This document shows positions 51,089 through 63,900 of a stretch of 64,000 nucleotides of DNA, in pieces. Origin of the DNA: Felis catus (Eukaryota); the NCBI RefSeq assembly GCF_018350175.1, contig NC_058383.1:24740001-24804000 (forward strand), read 5' to 3'. A program made the position numbers and the translations under genes. The notes beneath the pieces are model-generated. The model made no database searches and was not told where the DNA came from. It saw only the letters and a program-made list of their open reading frames with translations. How positions within the stretch are numbered: the stretch's first letter is position 1; each line of letters opens with the position of its first letter.

Positions 51089-54000
51089 CTCCCCCCCCCA
51101 CCCCGTCTCTCCCTCCCTCTCTGCCCTTCTCCCTTTCGCACTCTCTCTCTCAAAATAAATAAATAAACATGAAAAGAAAAAAAGAAAAGAAAAGCTTTTC
51201 AAAGGAAGGGAATGCAAGGGAGAGCTGAATGATAGTAATGGCACCTATCTTTTAGGCCTTTATTATGTGCCAAGAACTTTGTTATGCTCTTTAGGGATAT
51301 TATCTCATTTAATCCTCACAAGAAACCTATGATATCAGTTTCATTATTAGGGCGACCAACCATCTCAGTTTGCCCAGGACAAAGGCAGGAGAGTGTCCCT
51401 GGGATGTATGACTTTTAGTGCTACAACCAAGTAAGTCCCAAGCCGTTCACCATAGTCCCTATTTTACAAATCAGGAAACTGAGACTTCAACAATTTACCC
51501 AAAGACATTCAGCTAGTGAATAGTAGAGCCAGATCTGAGCCATCAGGCAAGCCTATCTTTAAAAAAATTTTTTTTTATGTTTATTTATTTTGAGAAAGAA
51601 GGAGAGAGAGAGTGAAAGGAGGAGAGAAGAAGACAGAGAGGGAGACACAGAATGTGAAGCAGGCTCCAGGCCCTGAGCTGTCAGCACAGAGCTGGGCATA
51701 GGGCTCAAACTCACAGACCACAAGATCATGACCTGAGCCAAAGTTGGAAGCTTAACTGACTGTGCCACCCGGGCACCCTGAGGCAAACTTATCTTTAAAC
51801 AAGTTTCTCAGCAACGTTAAAGTAAGGGAAAGAACCCAGCATCTGGTTTATTCTATAAACAGTGACATCAGCAATCAATTTCATCTAAATTTTCTCAGAC
51901 TTACCTAATCATAAGAACTGGGGCACTTGTTTAAAACAAAGATTTCATTTTCATCTAGAAGGGGCCTGAGAATTGGTGTTTTAAAACAAGTATCCAGGTG
52001 ATTCTTATGATCAGAAAAGCTTTGGAAGCATTGATCTAATCCATAACTAACCCTCATTTAGTTTGGTTCTAAGCTCTCCATTCTGTAAGCTCATCCATTT
52101 TGTGTTTTTGTTGCTATGCTATGGTTTTCTCTTATATATTAGTGTAAGTTCCTTTGGCTATACCTGGCTTTGGGTATGTTGATCTGAGAACATTTCTAAC
52201 CCTGTAAAAAGTGTGCAGATAGGAGAATAGGATGCTCCCTAGGGATCAGGTGGTAATAATGGCCATGGTTAAAGAAAGCCAGGAAATGGCCTGGTAGGAC
52301 TAGGGAAAGATAAAAATATTTCAGCCACTGTAAACTGTAACTTCCTTTGGCCTACTTGACCCCTCAGGAGGTCTTGACCTCCTTCATCAGAAAGGGCACA
52401 GTGTGATGATGTGATTAAGAATATAGATATTGGAACCAGATTGCTTGGAATTGAATCCCAGCACTAGTAGCCACTAGCTATGTGACTTCTGGTGAATTCC
52501 TGATCCCTCTCTGTGCCTCATCTGTAAAATGGTTCTTTTTTATTTTATTCTTTATTGAATGACAGTTGACATACAATGTTATATTAGTTTCAGGTTTACA
52601 ATATAATGATTTGACAAGTTTATATATGTTGTGCTCACAAATGTAGCTACCATATGTCATCACACATTATGATTACAATACTATATTGTATTGTATTGAT
52701 TGACTATATTCCCTATGCTGTATCTTTTATCTTTATAACTTATTCATTCTATAACTGGAAACTTGTATCTCTCATTCCCCTTCAGCCATTGTAAAATTGT
52801 TCTTATATTGGTATGTCTCTTATAGGTTCTTTCTGGGAATCAAATGGATTAGTACTTATAAAATGCTTAGAACTGCAGGCACAAGCCACTGCTTTGCTAA
52901 AAAAAAAAAAATGGAGACCATTAAACTAATATCTCTAATCCATTTCTAATATGTGGAAATTAAGATATCATGGAAGTAGCATGAAATCATCACCAAAACT
53001 AGGAGTGTAGGGGTAGGTGGTAAACAGATTAGGTTGTTAAATATTCTCCTGGAAGGGGATGTGCAAACCTTAACATCAAAAGCAGGAGATGGCTTTCCCA
53101 TTGAGCCAGACTTGATTTTCATTCCCTTAAAATTTCCACAGATTAGCACCTAGTTAAGAAGAAGAAAGAATAAAGTAACATTACAACTAACTTAAAATTA
53201 TTTTATTCACCCACATGCATTCATTCAACAAATAATTATCGAAAATTTATGATGAACCAGACTCAAAAATAAAACAAATTTTCTGCTCTCAGGGAGTGTA
53301 GAGATAGACACTAAACAAAGACATACAGTAAAGTTATAACACTTAATAAATTGATAATTACTAAAATGTCCATATTTATGAAAACATACCTATATTAGCA
53401 TGATACTTGTTCTGCTCTTTCTATTTAATACATTTGTAAATTTTATTTTTGGTATATTAATTTTTGACCACTCTTATGGTTTATAAATAGAAGCATTATA
53501 AAAAGACACTATGAAAAATTTCTTTCAGCCTTTCCCTTTTCTGCTCCATTGTATGCCTCCTTTTCCTTACATAATAACCACTTTTGTTATGAGTTTATTC
53601 ACTTCCTCTAGAATTTCTTCTTCTTATGTCTACAAGCTCTTTAAATAACCCCTTTTAGAGTATACTTGCCAAGGAGTTATCTAAGTGAACTCTTAATGTT
53701 TTAAGTAGCAAGGAACTCAGAATTTTCTATTTTTGAGGCAGCTGTAAGAAAGTTCGCTCTTTCATAAGGGGAAATCTGTCTGTTGACCTAGCATTCTTTC
53801 ATTTAAAATATATTTTGATGCCCTTGCCCTGATCAGGTCTATAGTGGTTTTTCTCAGTGAATGGCTACTTAAACAACTGTATCTGTTACAATTGTAACTT
53901 TTTTTTTTTGTAACTGGTTTCCCTCCAACTTTCTTTAAACTACTCTTCTAACCACTCCTCTACTGCCCTATCCCTCAAACAATTGTAAGGATATAATAAA

Positions 54001-54452
54001 CACTTATTTTTAAAATTTATCAGTTATATAAATCACTTTTTATTTATCCAGCTAACTCGAGTCCGTCCCTGTCTTTTCAATGAGGTCATATACCGTTTCT
54101 GTCTGTCCATATCCTTCATAGATATCCAGACCTGTTCGGTTTCTCCATTGTTCAGTCACTTCAGGATTGATTGGTTCCCCAGCACTCACACAGTGCTTTA
54201 AGCTTTTGAACTTATAGCTTCTCAGAAAACAAGTAAGTTAAATTTAGGAGACAAGAATAGAGAGAAATGAAAATTAGTGTTATTTCTAATGAAATTCAAT
54301 ATGAAGTGTGTTTTAGTTCCTTCCTTACTCCTCTCTTCAATACAAACAAAATGAACAAACCCTTCTAACATCATAAAATGACTCCCAAGACATCCATTTT
54401 TTTCCCCTCTTATTTTCTGGGAGTGTGTGATTTGTTGTAAAAAAAAAAAAAA

Positions 54453-54504
<52 letters not shown>

Positions 54505-57500
54505 AAAAGAAAAAGCAAGCAAGCAAGCTATGTCATCCTCAGGGAAGGTATCTCATAATAACATTTTAAATCAGTGATTAATGGGGCACCTGGGTGGCGC
54601 AGTCGGTTAAGCGTCCGACTTCAGCCAGGTCACGATCTCGCTGTCCGTGAGTTCGAGCCACGCGTCAGGCTCTGGGCTGATGGCTCAGAGCCTGGAGCCT
54701 GTTTCCGATTCTGTGTCTCCCTCTCTCTCTGCCCCTCCCCCGTTCATGCTCTGTCTCTCTCTGTCCCAAAAATAAATAAACGTTGAAAAAAAAAATTTTA
54801 AATAAATAAATAAATCAGTGATTAAGAATTTACCAATTGTATGGTTAAATTCACTGTGGAATATTTATGCAGTGGAATCCTATAGAGCTGTAAAAGGAAA
54901 AAAAAAAAGTAAGGAAGCTCCTGGACAGTGTTGTCCAATAGAATTTTTTGCCACAATCAAAATGTTCTATTATCTGCACTATCCACTGCAGTATCACCTA
55001 GCCCTATGTGGCTACAGAGCACTTGAAACATGGCTAGTGCAGCTTTGGAAGTGAATTTTTAATTAAACTTAAATTTAAATAATTGCATGTGGCTAGTGGT
55101 TACCATATTGGATAGCACTGGATAGCACACAGTTCCAGGATGTACTGTTAGGCAAAAAAAGGAAGGTGCAGAACTGTGAGCATACTATGTTTCCATTTAT
55201 GTGTATAAAAGAATGGGGGAAGAATACTGGCATATTGGTTTGTATAAGCACAGATTTCAGGGAGAAGGAGAACTGACACTGAGGACAAGGTTTGGAGGGA
55301 GACTCCATTCTATAATCTTATATACCTATTGAATTATATGTCATATGAAGTATTTCCTATTCAAAAAGTTTTAGCAATTTTAAGGATTTAAAAATATTTA
55401 CCAATGTGCCCTTTCAAATGGAATCAAGAGTAAAAGACATTCATCCTTTTTTCCTATTTGCTGGGACAGGGCTCCAAGTTGGAGTAATTTCTCTACTTTC
55501 TCAGCTCATGAAACATTCATCATCCAAAAGATTGAACACTTTCTTATCCATAACCTCTGGGCTCAGGGGTATACCTGTGATTAAACCCTCCCTTTTCTCA
55601 CCTTTCTTGGGGGAGCCTGCCCTGGATGTAATAATTATGATTTAAAGAATGAAAGCAAGAAGGAGAAGGGGGTGAAGAGATTGTTAAATTCTGTACCTAC
55701 TAGTGTGGAACTTTGTATTTAGGCAGAAAGATCCTTTATTTTATGGCTTACTCTTCCTCTCTCCTACCCCCACTAAGTGCCTATTTACCAACATTTCTTA
55801 CCTGGTCATATCATTCTGTATAAGCATTCGGTATGCAGTCGGCGCTGAACAGAAGACGGTGATGGGAAACTCAGAAAGTGTCTGCAATTTAGAAGTAAAC
55901 TCTTAGTCTTACTACAACTTTAATAAGTTGCTAAATGTTTATTTAGGGCACAGCACAACTTAAACATTGTTTATTCTAACATAAATGCACTCACACCTTT
56001 TGCCTGTATATCTTTTCAGGATAAATGACTTACCAGGTGTGAAATACCTTAAATCATGTTGTTCACTCTGATTTCTGCAAGCTACTGTATTCATCAGTCC
56101 TGTCAGGAACGCTGCTAAAGCATTTCTAAATGGTGACCTCTTGTTCTCTGCCTTACCTGAAAGATGGAAGTTGGCTCAAAACGTGGCAAGTAATGTACAA
56201 ATACACATGCTCCTTGGATCCATGGAGAAAAGACGCTGCTCCATGCAGACTTTGCCCAGCCTGTGTCTGAGGTATTCCATATCACATCTGAAGGTGTCAA
56301 ATCCAGCCAGAACCTGGGAAAACAAGGAATCATCCTGATATATGTAGGAAAAACAAATTTAAAAGACCAATAAATGAATCGTCACCTCTGCAGTTTTGAC
56401 ATGTCAAGCTGCAGTTCCGTGAAGGTACCTTCCATTTACAGATAATCCTAAACCAAAACTGCTATGGGTGTGTCCGGTCATTTTCGGAGTTCCACTTGTT
56501 CCACTGGTAAAGTAAATGGCCATCATCTCATCGTGTTTTGTTTTCACACAGGTGTGGTTGTCACTGGCCTGTCTACAAAGAAAGAACTACAATGATTCTG
56601 CACATGATACACAGCACCATGAACTGTTAACCACAGCCAAGTACTCGAAAAACCATCTACTCGGACCTCTTCACCTTATGAGTCAGGCCTCAGTGACTTG
56701 GGTTGAATTCCAAGGTAAAAACCATCTCTTTCTCTATCTTCTTAGGTGCTTTCTGGAATCAAACTAAATTTTGTCATCAAAGCCCACTTATGGGCTGGTT
56801 TCATAGCTTTTCTACTATACAAAAAAGAAGACTTGATGCATTTTAAAAAACTGAAGAGGGTGCCTGGATGGCTCAGTCAGTTAAGTGTCTGACTCTTGAT
56901 TTCTGCTAGGGTAGTGATCTAATGGTTTGTGGGATCAAGCCCCATGTGGGGCTCTGAGTTGACAGTGTGGAGCCTGCTTGGGATTCTCTCTCTTCCTCTC
57001 TCTCTGCTCCTCCCCTGCTCATGCTCTCTCTCTGTCTCTCTCAGAAATAAATAAATAAATTTAAAAAAAAATAAATAGATAAAAAAACTCAAGAGTTTGA
57101 TCATAACACCAGCATAATGAGGATTCTATGATCTCATAATGATGGCTATGTGAGAACTGCCCCATCCCCTTCACTGTGGATGTTCTCAAATATGATTTTC
57201 TTTTCTTTTCTTTTTTTAAAAGTGATATGAGTGCCTGGGTGGCTCAGTCCAATGGTTAAGCATCTGACTCTTGATTTCAGCTCAGGTCATGATCTCACAG
57301 TTCTTGAGATCGAGCCCCACATCAGGCTCTGCACTGACAGTGTGCAGTCTGCTTGGGATTCTCTCTTTCCCTCTCTCTCTGCCCCTCCCCGGCTTGCATG
57401 TGCTCTTTCTCTCTCTCTCTCAAAATAAATAAGCATTTAAAAAATTGAGTATGTTAATAGAAGTCATGGGTAACAGTATAAGGCAGGTTGGTAATTCCCA

Positions 57501-57679
57501 CATTGTTCAAGGATCAGCTGTAGTTCTGAAGGATAACTGGGCTGCTAACAGGCCCCACATTAGGACAGCTAAGAGGAGGTAAACACTGCACACAGAGATT
57601 TTATCTGGGAGTACTGGGCTGAGAATGAATGAATTAGAAAATCCAGGCCACGAGAATTGTAGAAAAGCTGTTTTCCTTT

Positions 57680-57734
<55 letters not shown>

Positions 57735-57762
57735 AGAGGGAGCAAGTGAGAGGGTCAGAGTC

Positions 57763-57813
<51 letters not shown>

Positions 57814-57838
57814 CTCAAGAGGGAGCAAGTGAGAGAGG

Positions 57839-57874
<36 letters not shown>

Positions 57875-59564
57875 CCCATGAGGGGCAGAGAGAGGGAGAG
57901 AGGGAGGAGAGAGGGAAGCAGGGCTCACCCGAAGTGGGGTTCCAACTCACCAACTGTGAGATCATGACCTGAGCTGGAGTTGGATGCTTAATGACTAAGC
58001 CACCCAGGCTCCCAAGAAGCTGTTTTCAAAGCCTAACAGGTAGACTAGGTACTTAGCCTATGATTTCATAATTTTCTTCCTTAAAAATATTACCTAGAGC
58101 AGTGTATTTATCACTTCATTGTAAATACAGTTGCTTTTGAAAACTAAGGTGGGGTTATCATACCAATCTTTCACCACTATAGGCAGTAAACATAGCCTTT
58201 AGGAGTGTGGGTTCAGAAGCCAGACTCCCTGGGTTTGAAACCCAGCTCTGCCAGATCATAGCATTTGACCTTATTCATCTGTATTACTATAGCACCCTTT
58301 CCTTAGGTTATTGTGACATTTTAATGAGTTAATATATATGAACGCTTGGAGCAGTTTTTGGCACCTAACCAAGGCAATATAAATGTTACCCGTTATTGCA
58401 ATTATAACATTATTTTAATTAGAACAGTACTTGGCTTTTGGTAAGAACTCAATAAATGATGGCTATTTTAGAGGCAGTAGGAACAAATCCATAGTTGCAA
58501 GCATGCTTCCAAATCCTTGAGTAAAGGTAGGAAGTTCATTCTAGAGGGAACTGGCTGCCAGCCTAAAGCTAAGATAGAACCAGTACATGGCCATAGTGCC
58601 AAGTGACCCCTGGAAGCATTCCATAGCAGGGATGGACATCAGTGTAACTCAGTTTTATAATGGCACCCATCTTATTTCTAACCAGAAGTGTTGTTATTAG
58701 CAAGGTAATGATATAGCCTACACAGAAGAATTCACTGTGTTTCTCTGTTTCTCTGGGAGATGATAACAGCTCTGTGGTTGGTGCTGTGAGACACCTCCTA
58801 GATCCTGCTGCAGGAATGAAGGACTTACTTCCCACAGCTGCTGGGAGCCAGCTCTCTTTTAGGGATTGCTTTGGCTGAAGACAGCTGCCTTGCTCAAGGT
58901 CACTCACCTCTCCTTCTAGGGATAGGCCACACCCAGTTACTGATCAGTATGGGTATATAAAGGCCAGGATCTCTTATTTTATCTGGGAATAGCTTTGAGG
59001 GGCTATCCATGCCCCAGAGGTCCCAGTGGGAGCGCATGGCAGATACATTTCTTCCTTTGCCCAATTGCACATCCCTCCCCTTCCTTCATAGGTGTTGACC
59101 CCAAGACAACTCCTTAATAAACTTCTTACACAACTAATCTCTATCTCAGGGCCTGCTTCCTGGAGATCCTAACCTCTAAAAAACACTCCAACCTCTTTCC
59201 TGCCTCAGAGTTTGCATTGTTGGTGCAGCCATAATTACTAGTTGTTCCCTTTGCCTCATTTTACTTTTCATTTTTCTGATCACTTGGTGGGTTGAATATC
59301 TTTTCAGTGTTGCCTTCCTCTGGGGAAGCTGTTCTACAACAATTATGGCTACTCACTTCATCATTTCCTTTAGGTTCCCCCATCCATCTTTGGGTTTCTG
59401 AGACACAATTAGCTTGGAGTGCAGATTTTCACATTTAGATGCAACAGCATCTACTGCGGGGGCTAAAACTTCGTCGGTAATAATGCACTTTGCTTTTGAA
59501 GATTGTAGTCTGTAGAGAATGTCTCTCTGGGTCAGCTGGGTGGTTCCTGGAATTAAAACTGTCC
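42530..59564 (-). CDS. ACSM3: Acyl-CoA synthetase medium-chain family member 3 (last 11 coding exons; 5' exons beyond the window)
   Basis: join 59564-59357,56572-56429,56313-56157,55881-55802,54217-54094,53149-53069,47762-47661,46487-46360,46250-46151,43124-43005,42616-42530 = 1331 nt in frame; AMP-binding motifs [26 protein letters not shown]; synteny with ERI2. Confidence 0.96.
43005..43124 (-). CDS. ACSM3: ACSM3 exon (VVKAFIVL...YKYPRK)
   Basis: GT-AG; 120 nt. Confidence 0.95.
44390..44841 (-). mobile_element. Two adjacent CAN-SINEs
   Basis: Consensus-like bodies. Confidence 0.85.
45530..45752 (-). mobile_element. Young feline CAN-SINE
   Basis: TSD tacccagcctactt (45516-45529, 45753-45766). 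Confidence 0.95.
46151..46250 (-). CDS. ACSM3: ACSM3 exon ([16 protein letters not shown]...IRGE)
   Basis: GT-AG; 100 nt. Confidence 0.95.
46360..46487 (-). CDS. ACSM3: ACSM3 exon ([21 protein letters not shown]...ILSS)
   Basis: GT-AG; 128 nt. Confidence 0.95.
47661..47762 (-). CDS. ACSM3: ACSM3 exon ([18 protein letters not shown]...AHYI)
   Basis: GT-AG; 102 nt. Confidence 0.95.
49180..50245 (+). mobile_element. L1MB-like 3' end with a nested young L1 fragment and a SINE
   Basis: attagggaaatgcaaatcaaa ... gcacttaaaatgg typical of L1 3' ends. Confidence 0.8.
49985..50218 (-). mobile_element. CAN-SINE
   Basis: Consensus-like, CpG-rich; TSD-like tatgtgt. Confidence 0.9.
50361..50590 (+). 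mobile_element. Young feline CAN-SINE
   Basis: TSD gaaatccacagggctt (50345-50360, 50591-50606). Confidence 0.95.
50610..50667. repeat. 29-bp direct tandem duplication
   Basis: ttagtggggaagtggtgatacattgctg(g/t) x2. Confidence 0.95.
50924..51779. mobile_element. CAN-SINEs (+ ~50924-51190; - ~51560-51779) around a MIR carrying a MER81-like hAT element (~51348-51454)
   Basis: SINE heads/tails; tagggcgaccaaccatc...caccata terminal repeats of MER81 type. Confidence 0.75.
52538..52789 (-). mobile_element. Carnivore L1 3' end inserted into a MIR, with TSD
   Basis: TSD tgtaaaat(g/t)gttctt at 52523-52537 and 52790-52804. Confidence 0.75.
53069..53149 (-). CDS. ACSM3: ACSM3 exon ([27 protein letters not shown])
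   Basis: GT-AG; 81 nt. Confidence 0.95.
54094..54217 (-). CDS. ACSM3: ACSM3 exon ([15 protein letters not shown]...YGQTET)
   Basis: GT-AG; 124 nt. Confidence 0.95.
54439..54528. repeat. poly-A/(GAAA)n/(GCAA)n microsatellite
   Basis: Seen directly. Confidence 0.95.
54583..54810 (+). mobile_element. Young feline CAN-SINE
   Basis: TSD taaatcagtgattaa (54567-54581, 54811-54825). Confidence 0.95.
55802..55881 (-). CDS. ACSM3: ACSM3 exon ([26 protein letters not shown])
   Basis: GT-AG; 80 nt. Confidence 0.95.
56157..56313 (-). CDS. ACSM3: ACSM3 exon ([21 protein letters not shown]...SIFQ)
   Basis: GT-AG; 157 nt. Confidence 0.95.
56429..56572 (-). CDS. ACSM3: ACSM3 exon with P-loop ([30 protein letters not shown]...VNG)
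   Basis: TAG acceptor, GTACCT donor; 144 nt. Confidence 0.95.
56858..58014. mobile_element. CAN-SINEs (+ ~56858-57086, + ~57227-57445, - ~57676-58014)
   Basis: Consensus-like bodies. Confidence 0.85.
58770..59180 (+). mobile_element. LTR16-like (ERVL) solo LTR
   Basis: ccttaataaacttcttacacaactaatctctatctcagggcctgcttcctggag...aacct 3' end typical of LTR16. Confidence 0.65.
59357..59564 (-). CDS. ACSM3: ACSM3 exon ([20 protein letters not shown]...LKEMM)
   Basis: TAG acceptor, GTGAGT donor; 208 nt. Confidence 0.95.
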
Positions 59565-60975
59565 CTACAGGGGCAGAAAAGAAACTATGTATAGAAGGAA
59601 GGATTTCCTTTATCATGGTAGTTAGCTAGTGTAGATAGCTCATGTGTACTTTATGTCTCAGGATGAGTTTACCATTCCATTTAACAGTCTAGATATCTAT
59701 TTATCTTCCATTAATTATTTGGCTTTTGCCTTTCAAGGGATCTTAAAATCTGTGACCCTTTTGACCTACTATGAAAGCATGTTAAATGCTGGATAATGAT
59801 CTTCTATCTGAAGACCATTCATAACGTTCAGCTTGAAGAGAGTTTTTTTCCCCCATTTTTTTTTAAGAGAGTTTGGATTGTAGAGTAATATTACCCAACA
59901 TTTATTGGCTAAATGTCAGATGCTATTCTAAGTGTTTTGCATGTTTTAACTTATTTAATCCCTACCTCCCCCCCAAAAAAAACAAAACACAAAATCTATG
60001 AATAACTTGCCAAAGATCCCTGAAATGGAAAGTGGCAGTGCAGAGATTGAACCCTGTAGCCTGACCCCAGAGCTGTACACTTAACTACTTCAGTCCAGCA
60101 CCTTTTAAAACATACGTGAATGTTTTATGATTTCTCTCCAAAGGGAAGGATCAAGGCATTCATCTTTAATGTACTTCTACTTCTCCCTGCTGTAAATTAC
60201 ACTGTAAGTGTAGTGTAAGGGTTAAGAGTGTGTCCTGGAGCCAAATAGTCTTATAGCTTGGCCTTGGACAAGCCACTTCATCTCCATGAGTCTCAGGTTC
60301 TGCTACTGTAAAATGAGGATTCTATAAGATTAATGAGGAGTAAATGAGTTAAAATGTATAAAGAGCATAGAACAGTGCTGACCAAATTTTAGCTGTTATT
60401 TTCTCAAAGGATTAATGGACTTTCAAGAATATGTCTATATCTGTATCTCTATATCTACATGTATCCATATTTATATTTCAGACTCCACCACTCTGAGGTC
60501 CAGACCCTCAGGAGAGGGCTGGAAAGTATACACTTCACAATGGTTTTTGCTCTTCCCAGCATCACAGCAGGAAAGGAAGATTGAATAATACATACCTGCT
60601 CATTCCTGGACTCTTGACACTGACTCGTCTTTCCATTTTGGAAAGGATAAGCCCCTCAGTGGAGTTCTTCAGGAAGCAGACAATCAGTACCAAAACACAA
60701 AGCTCTTCAGAATATCTTTCCTTTCTAATCAGGCAATGCAGCAATATTTATGAGGCTTTATCTCCAAGGTTATTCCTTAGAGATGTTCCACCTGGGGATA
60801 AGTGATTCTCCTGCCATGGCCTAACAGTCTTCTGTTAATAATTTAAAGGCATTCTCTAATGACAAGTTCACAGTCAGTATTTGATGCCTAGTAGGAGCAC
60901 TTTGTTTAAACACATTACCTTTAGATAATTAATTTCTGCTAAAAAATTATTCATATCCTATTTTATTAAATTTCC

Positions 60976-63900
60976 TTTTTCTGTTCTTTTCTTTTCTTTT
61001 CAATTTTTTTATATGAAATTTATTGTCAAATTGGTTTCCATACAACACCCAGTGCTCATCCCAACAGGTGCCCTCCTCAATGCCCATCACCCACTCCCCA
61101 CCCCATCACCCCTCAGTTTGTTATTAGTATTTAAGAGTCTCTTATGGTTTGCCTCCTTCCCTCTCTGTAACTTTTTTCCCCTCTTCCCCTCCCCCCCCCC
61201 GCCCCGGTCTTCTGCTGAGTTTCTCAGGATCCACATATGAGTGAAAACATATGGTATCTGTCTTTCTCTGTATGACTTATTTCACTTAACATAACACTCT
61301 CCAGTTCCATCCATGTTGTTACAAAAGGCCATATCTCATTCTTTCTCATTGCCAAGTAGTATTCCGTTGTATATATAAACCACATCTTCTTTATCCATTC
61401 GTCAGTTGATGAACATTTAGGCTCTTTCCATAATTTGGCTATTGTTGAAATTTCTGCTATAATCATTGGGGTACAAGTGCCCCTATGCATCAGCACTCCT
61501 GTATCCCTTTGCACTTCCTAGCAGTGCTATTGCTGAGTCATAGGGTAGATCTATTTTTAATTTTTTGAGGAACCTCCACACTGTTTTCCAGAGCAGCTGC
61601 ACCAGTTTGCCTTCCCACCAACAATGCAAGAGGGTTCCCATTTCTCCACATCCTCGCCAGCATCTGTAGTCTCCTGATTTGTTCATTTTAGCCACTCTGA
61701 CTGGCGTGAGGTAGTATCTGAGTGTGGTTTTGATTTGTATTTCCCTGATGAGGAACGATGTTTAGCATCCTTTCATGTGCCTGTTGGCCATCTGGATGTT
61801 TTCTTTAGAGAAGTGTCTATTCATGTTTTCTGCCCATTCCTTCACTGGATTATTTGTTTTTCTGGTGTGGAGTTTGGTGAGTTCTTTATAGATTTTGGAT
61901 ACTAGCCCTTTGTCCAATATGTCATTTGCAATTATCTTTTCACATTCCGTCGGTTGCCTTTTAGTTTTGTTGATTGTTTCCTTTGCAATGCAGAAGCTTT
62001 TTATCTTCATGAGGTCCCAGTAGTTCATTTTTGCTTTTAATTCCCTTGCCTTTGGGGATGTGTCAAGTAAAAAATTGCTGCGGCTGAGGTCAGAGAGGTT
62101 TTTTCTCCTGCTTTCTCCTCTAGGGTTTTGATGGTTTCCTGTCTCACATTCAGGTCCTTTATCCATTTTGAGTTTAATTTTGTGAATGGTGTAAGAAAGT
62201 GGTCTAGTTTCATTCTTCTGCATGTTGCTGTCCAGTTCTCCCAGCACCATTTGTTAAAGAGACTGTCTTTCTTCCACTGGATATTCTTTCCTGCTTTGTC
62301 AAAGATGAGTTGGCCATACGTTTGTGGGTCTAATTCTGGGGTTTCTATTCTATTCCATTGGTCTGTGTGTCTGTTTTTATGCCAATACCATGCTGTCTTG
62401 ATGATGACAGCTTTGTAGTAGAGGCTAAAGTCTGGGATTGTGATGCCTCCCACTTTGGTCTTCTTCTTCAATATTACTTTGGCTATTCGGGGTCTTTTGT
62501 GGTTCCATACAAATTTTAGGATTGCTTGTTCTAGCTTCGAGAAGAATGCTGGTGCAATTTTGATTGGGATTGCATTGAATGTGTAGATAGCTTTGGGTAG
62601 TATTGACATTTTGACAATATTTATTCTTCCAACCCATGAGCATGGAATGTTTTTCCATTTCTTTATATCTTCTTCAATTTCCTTCCTAAGCTTTCTGTAG
62701 TTTTCAGCATACAGATCTTTTACATCTTTGGTTAGGTTTATTCCTAGGTATTTTATGCTTCTTGGTGCAATTGTGAATGGGATCAGTTTCTTTATTTGTC
62801 TTTCTGTTGCTTCATTATTAGTGTATAAGAATGCAACTGATTTCTGTACATTGATTTTGTATCCTGCGACTTTGCTGATTCATGTATCACTTCTAGCAGA
62901 CTTTTGGTGGAGTCTATAGTGTTTTCCATGTATAGTGTCACGTCATCTGCAAAAAGTGAAAGCTTGACTTCATCTTTGCCAATTTTGATGCCTTTGATTT
63001 CCTTTTGTTGTCTGATTGCTAGAACTTCCAACACTATGTTAAACAACAGCAGTGAGAGTGGACATCCCTGTCGTGTTCCTGATCTCAGGGGGAAAGCTCT
63101 CAGTTTTTTCCCATTGAGGACGACATTAGCTGTGGGCTTTTCATAAATGGCTTTTATGATGTTTAAGTGTGTTCCTTCTATCCGGACTTTCTTGAGGGTT
63201 TTTATTAAGAAAGAATGCTGAATTTTGTCAAATGCCTTTTCTGCACTAATTGACAGGATCATATGATTCTTATCTTTTCTTTTATTAATGTGATGTATCA
63301 CATTGATTGATTTGTGAATACTGAACCAGCCCTGCAGCCCAGGAATGAATCCCACTTGATCATGGTGAATAATTCTTTTTATATTCAATTGAATTCAATT
63401 TGCTAGTATCTTGTTGAGAAATTTTGCATCCATATTCATCAGGGATATTGGCCTGTAGTTCTCTTTCTTTGCTGGGTCTCTGTTTGGTTTGGGAATCAAA
63501 GTAATGTTGGCCTCATAGAAGGAGTCTGGAAGTTTTCCTTTACTTTCAATGTTTTGGAAAAGCTTGAGAAGGATAGGTATTATCTCTGCTTTAAATGTCT
63601 GGTAGAATTCCCCAGGGAAGCCACCTGGTCCAGGACTCTTATTTGTTGGAAGATTTTTGATAACTGATTCAATTTCTTTGCTGATTATGGGTCTGATCAA
63701 GTTTTCTATTTCCTCCTGTTTGAGTTTTGGTAGTGTGTGGGTGCTTAGGAATTTGTCCATTTCTTTCAGGTTGTCCAGTTTGTTGGCATATAATTTTTCC
63801 TAGTATTCCCTGATAATTGCTTGTTTTTCTGAGAGATTGGTTGTAATAATTCCATTTTCATTCATGATTTTATCTAGTTGGGTCCTCTCTCTTTTCTTTT

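Noticed and set aside
750..57972. Many 60-115 aa ORFs with GAPGW/AQSVK/SPTSGS/ERERE peptides
   Set aside because: Translations of CAN-SINEs and microsatellites
61224..63760. Reverse-transcriptase-like ORFs as a novel RT system
   Set aside because: Ordinary fragmented LINE-1 ORF2
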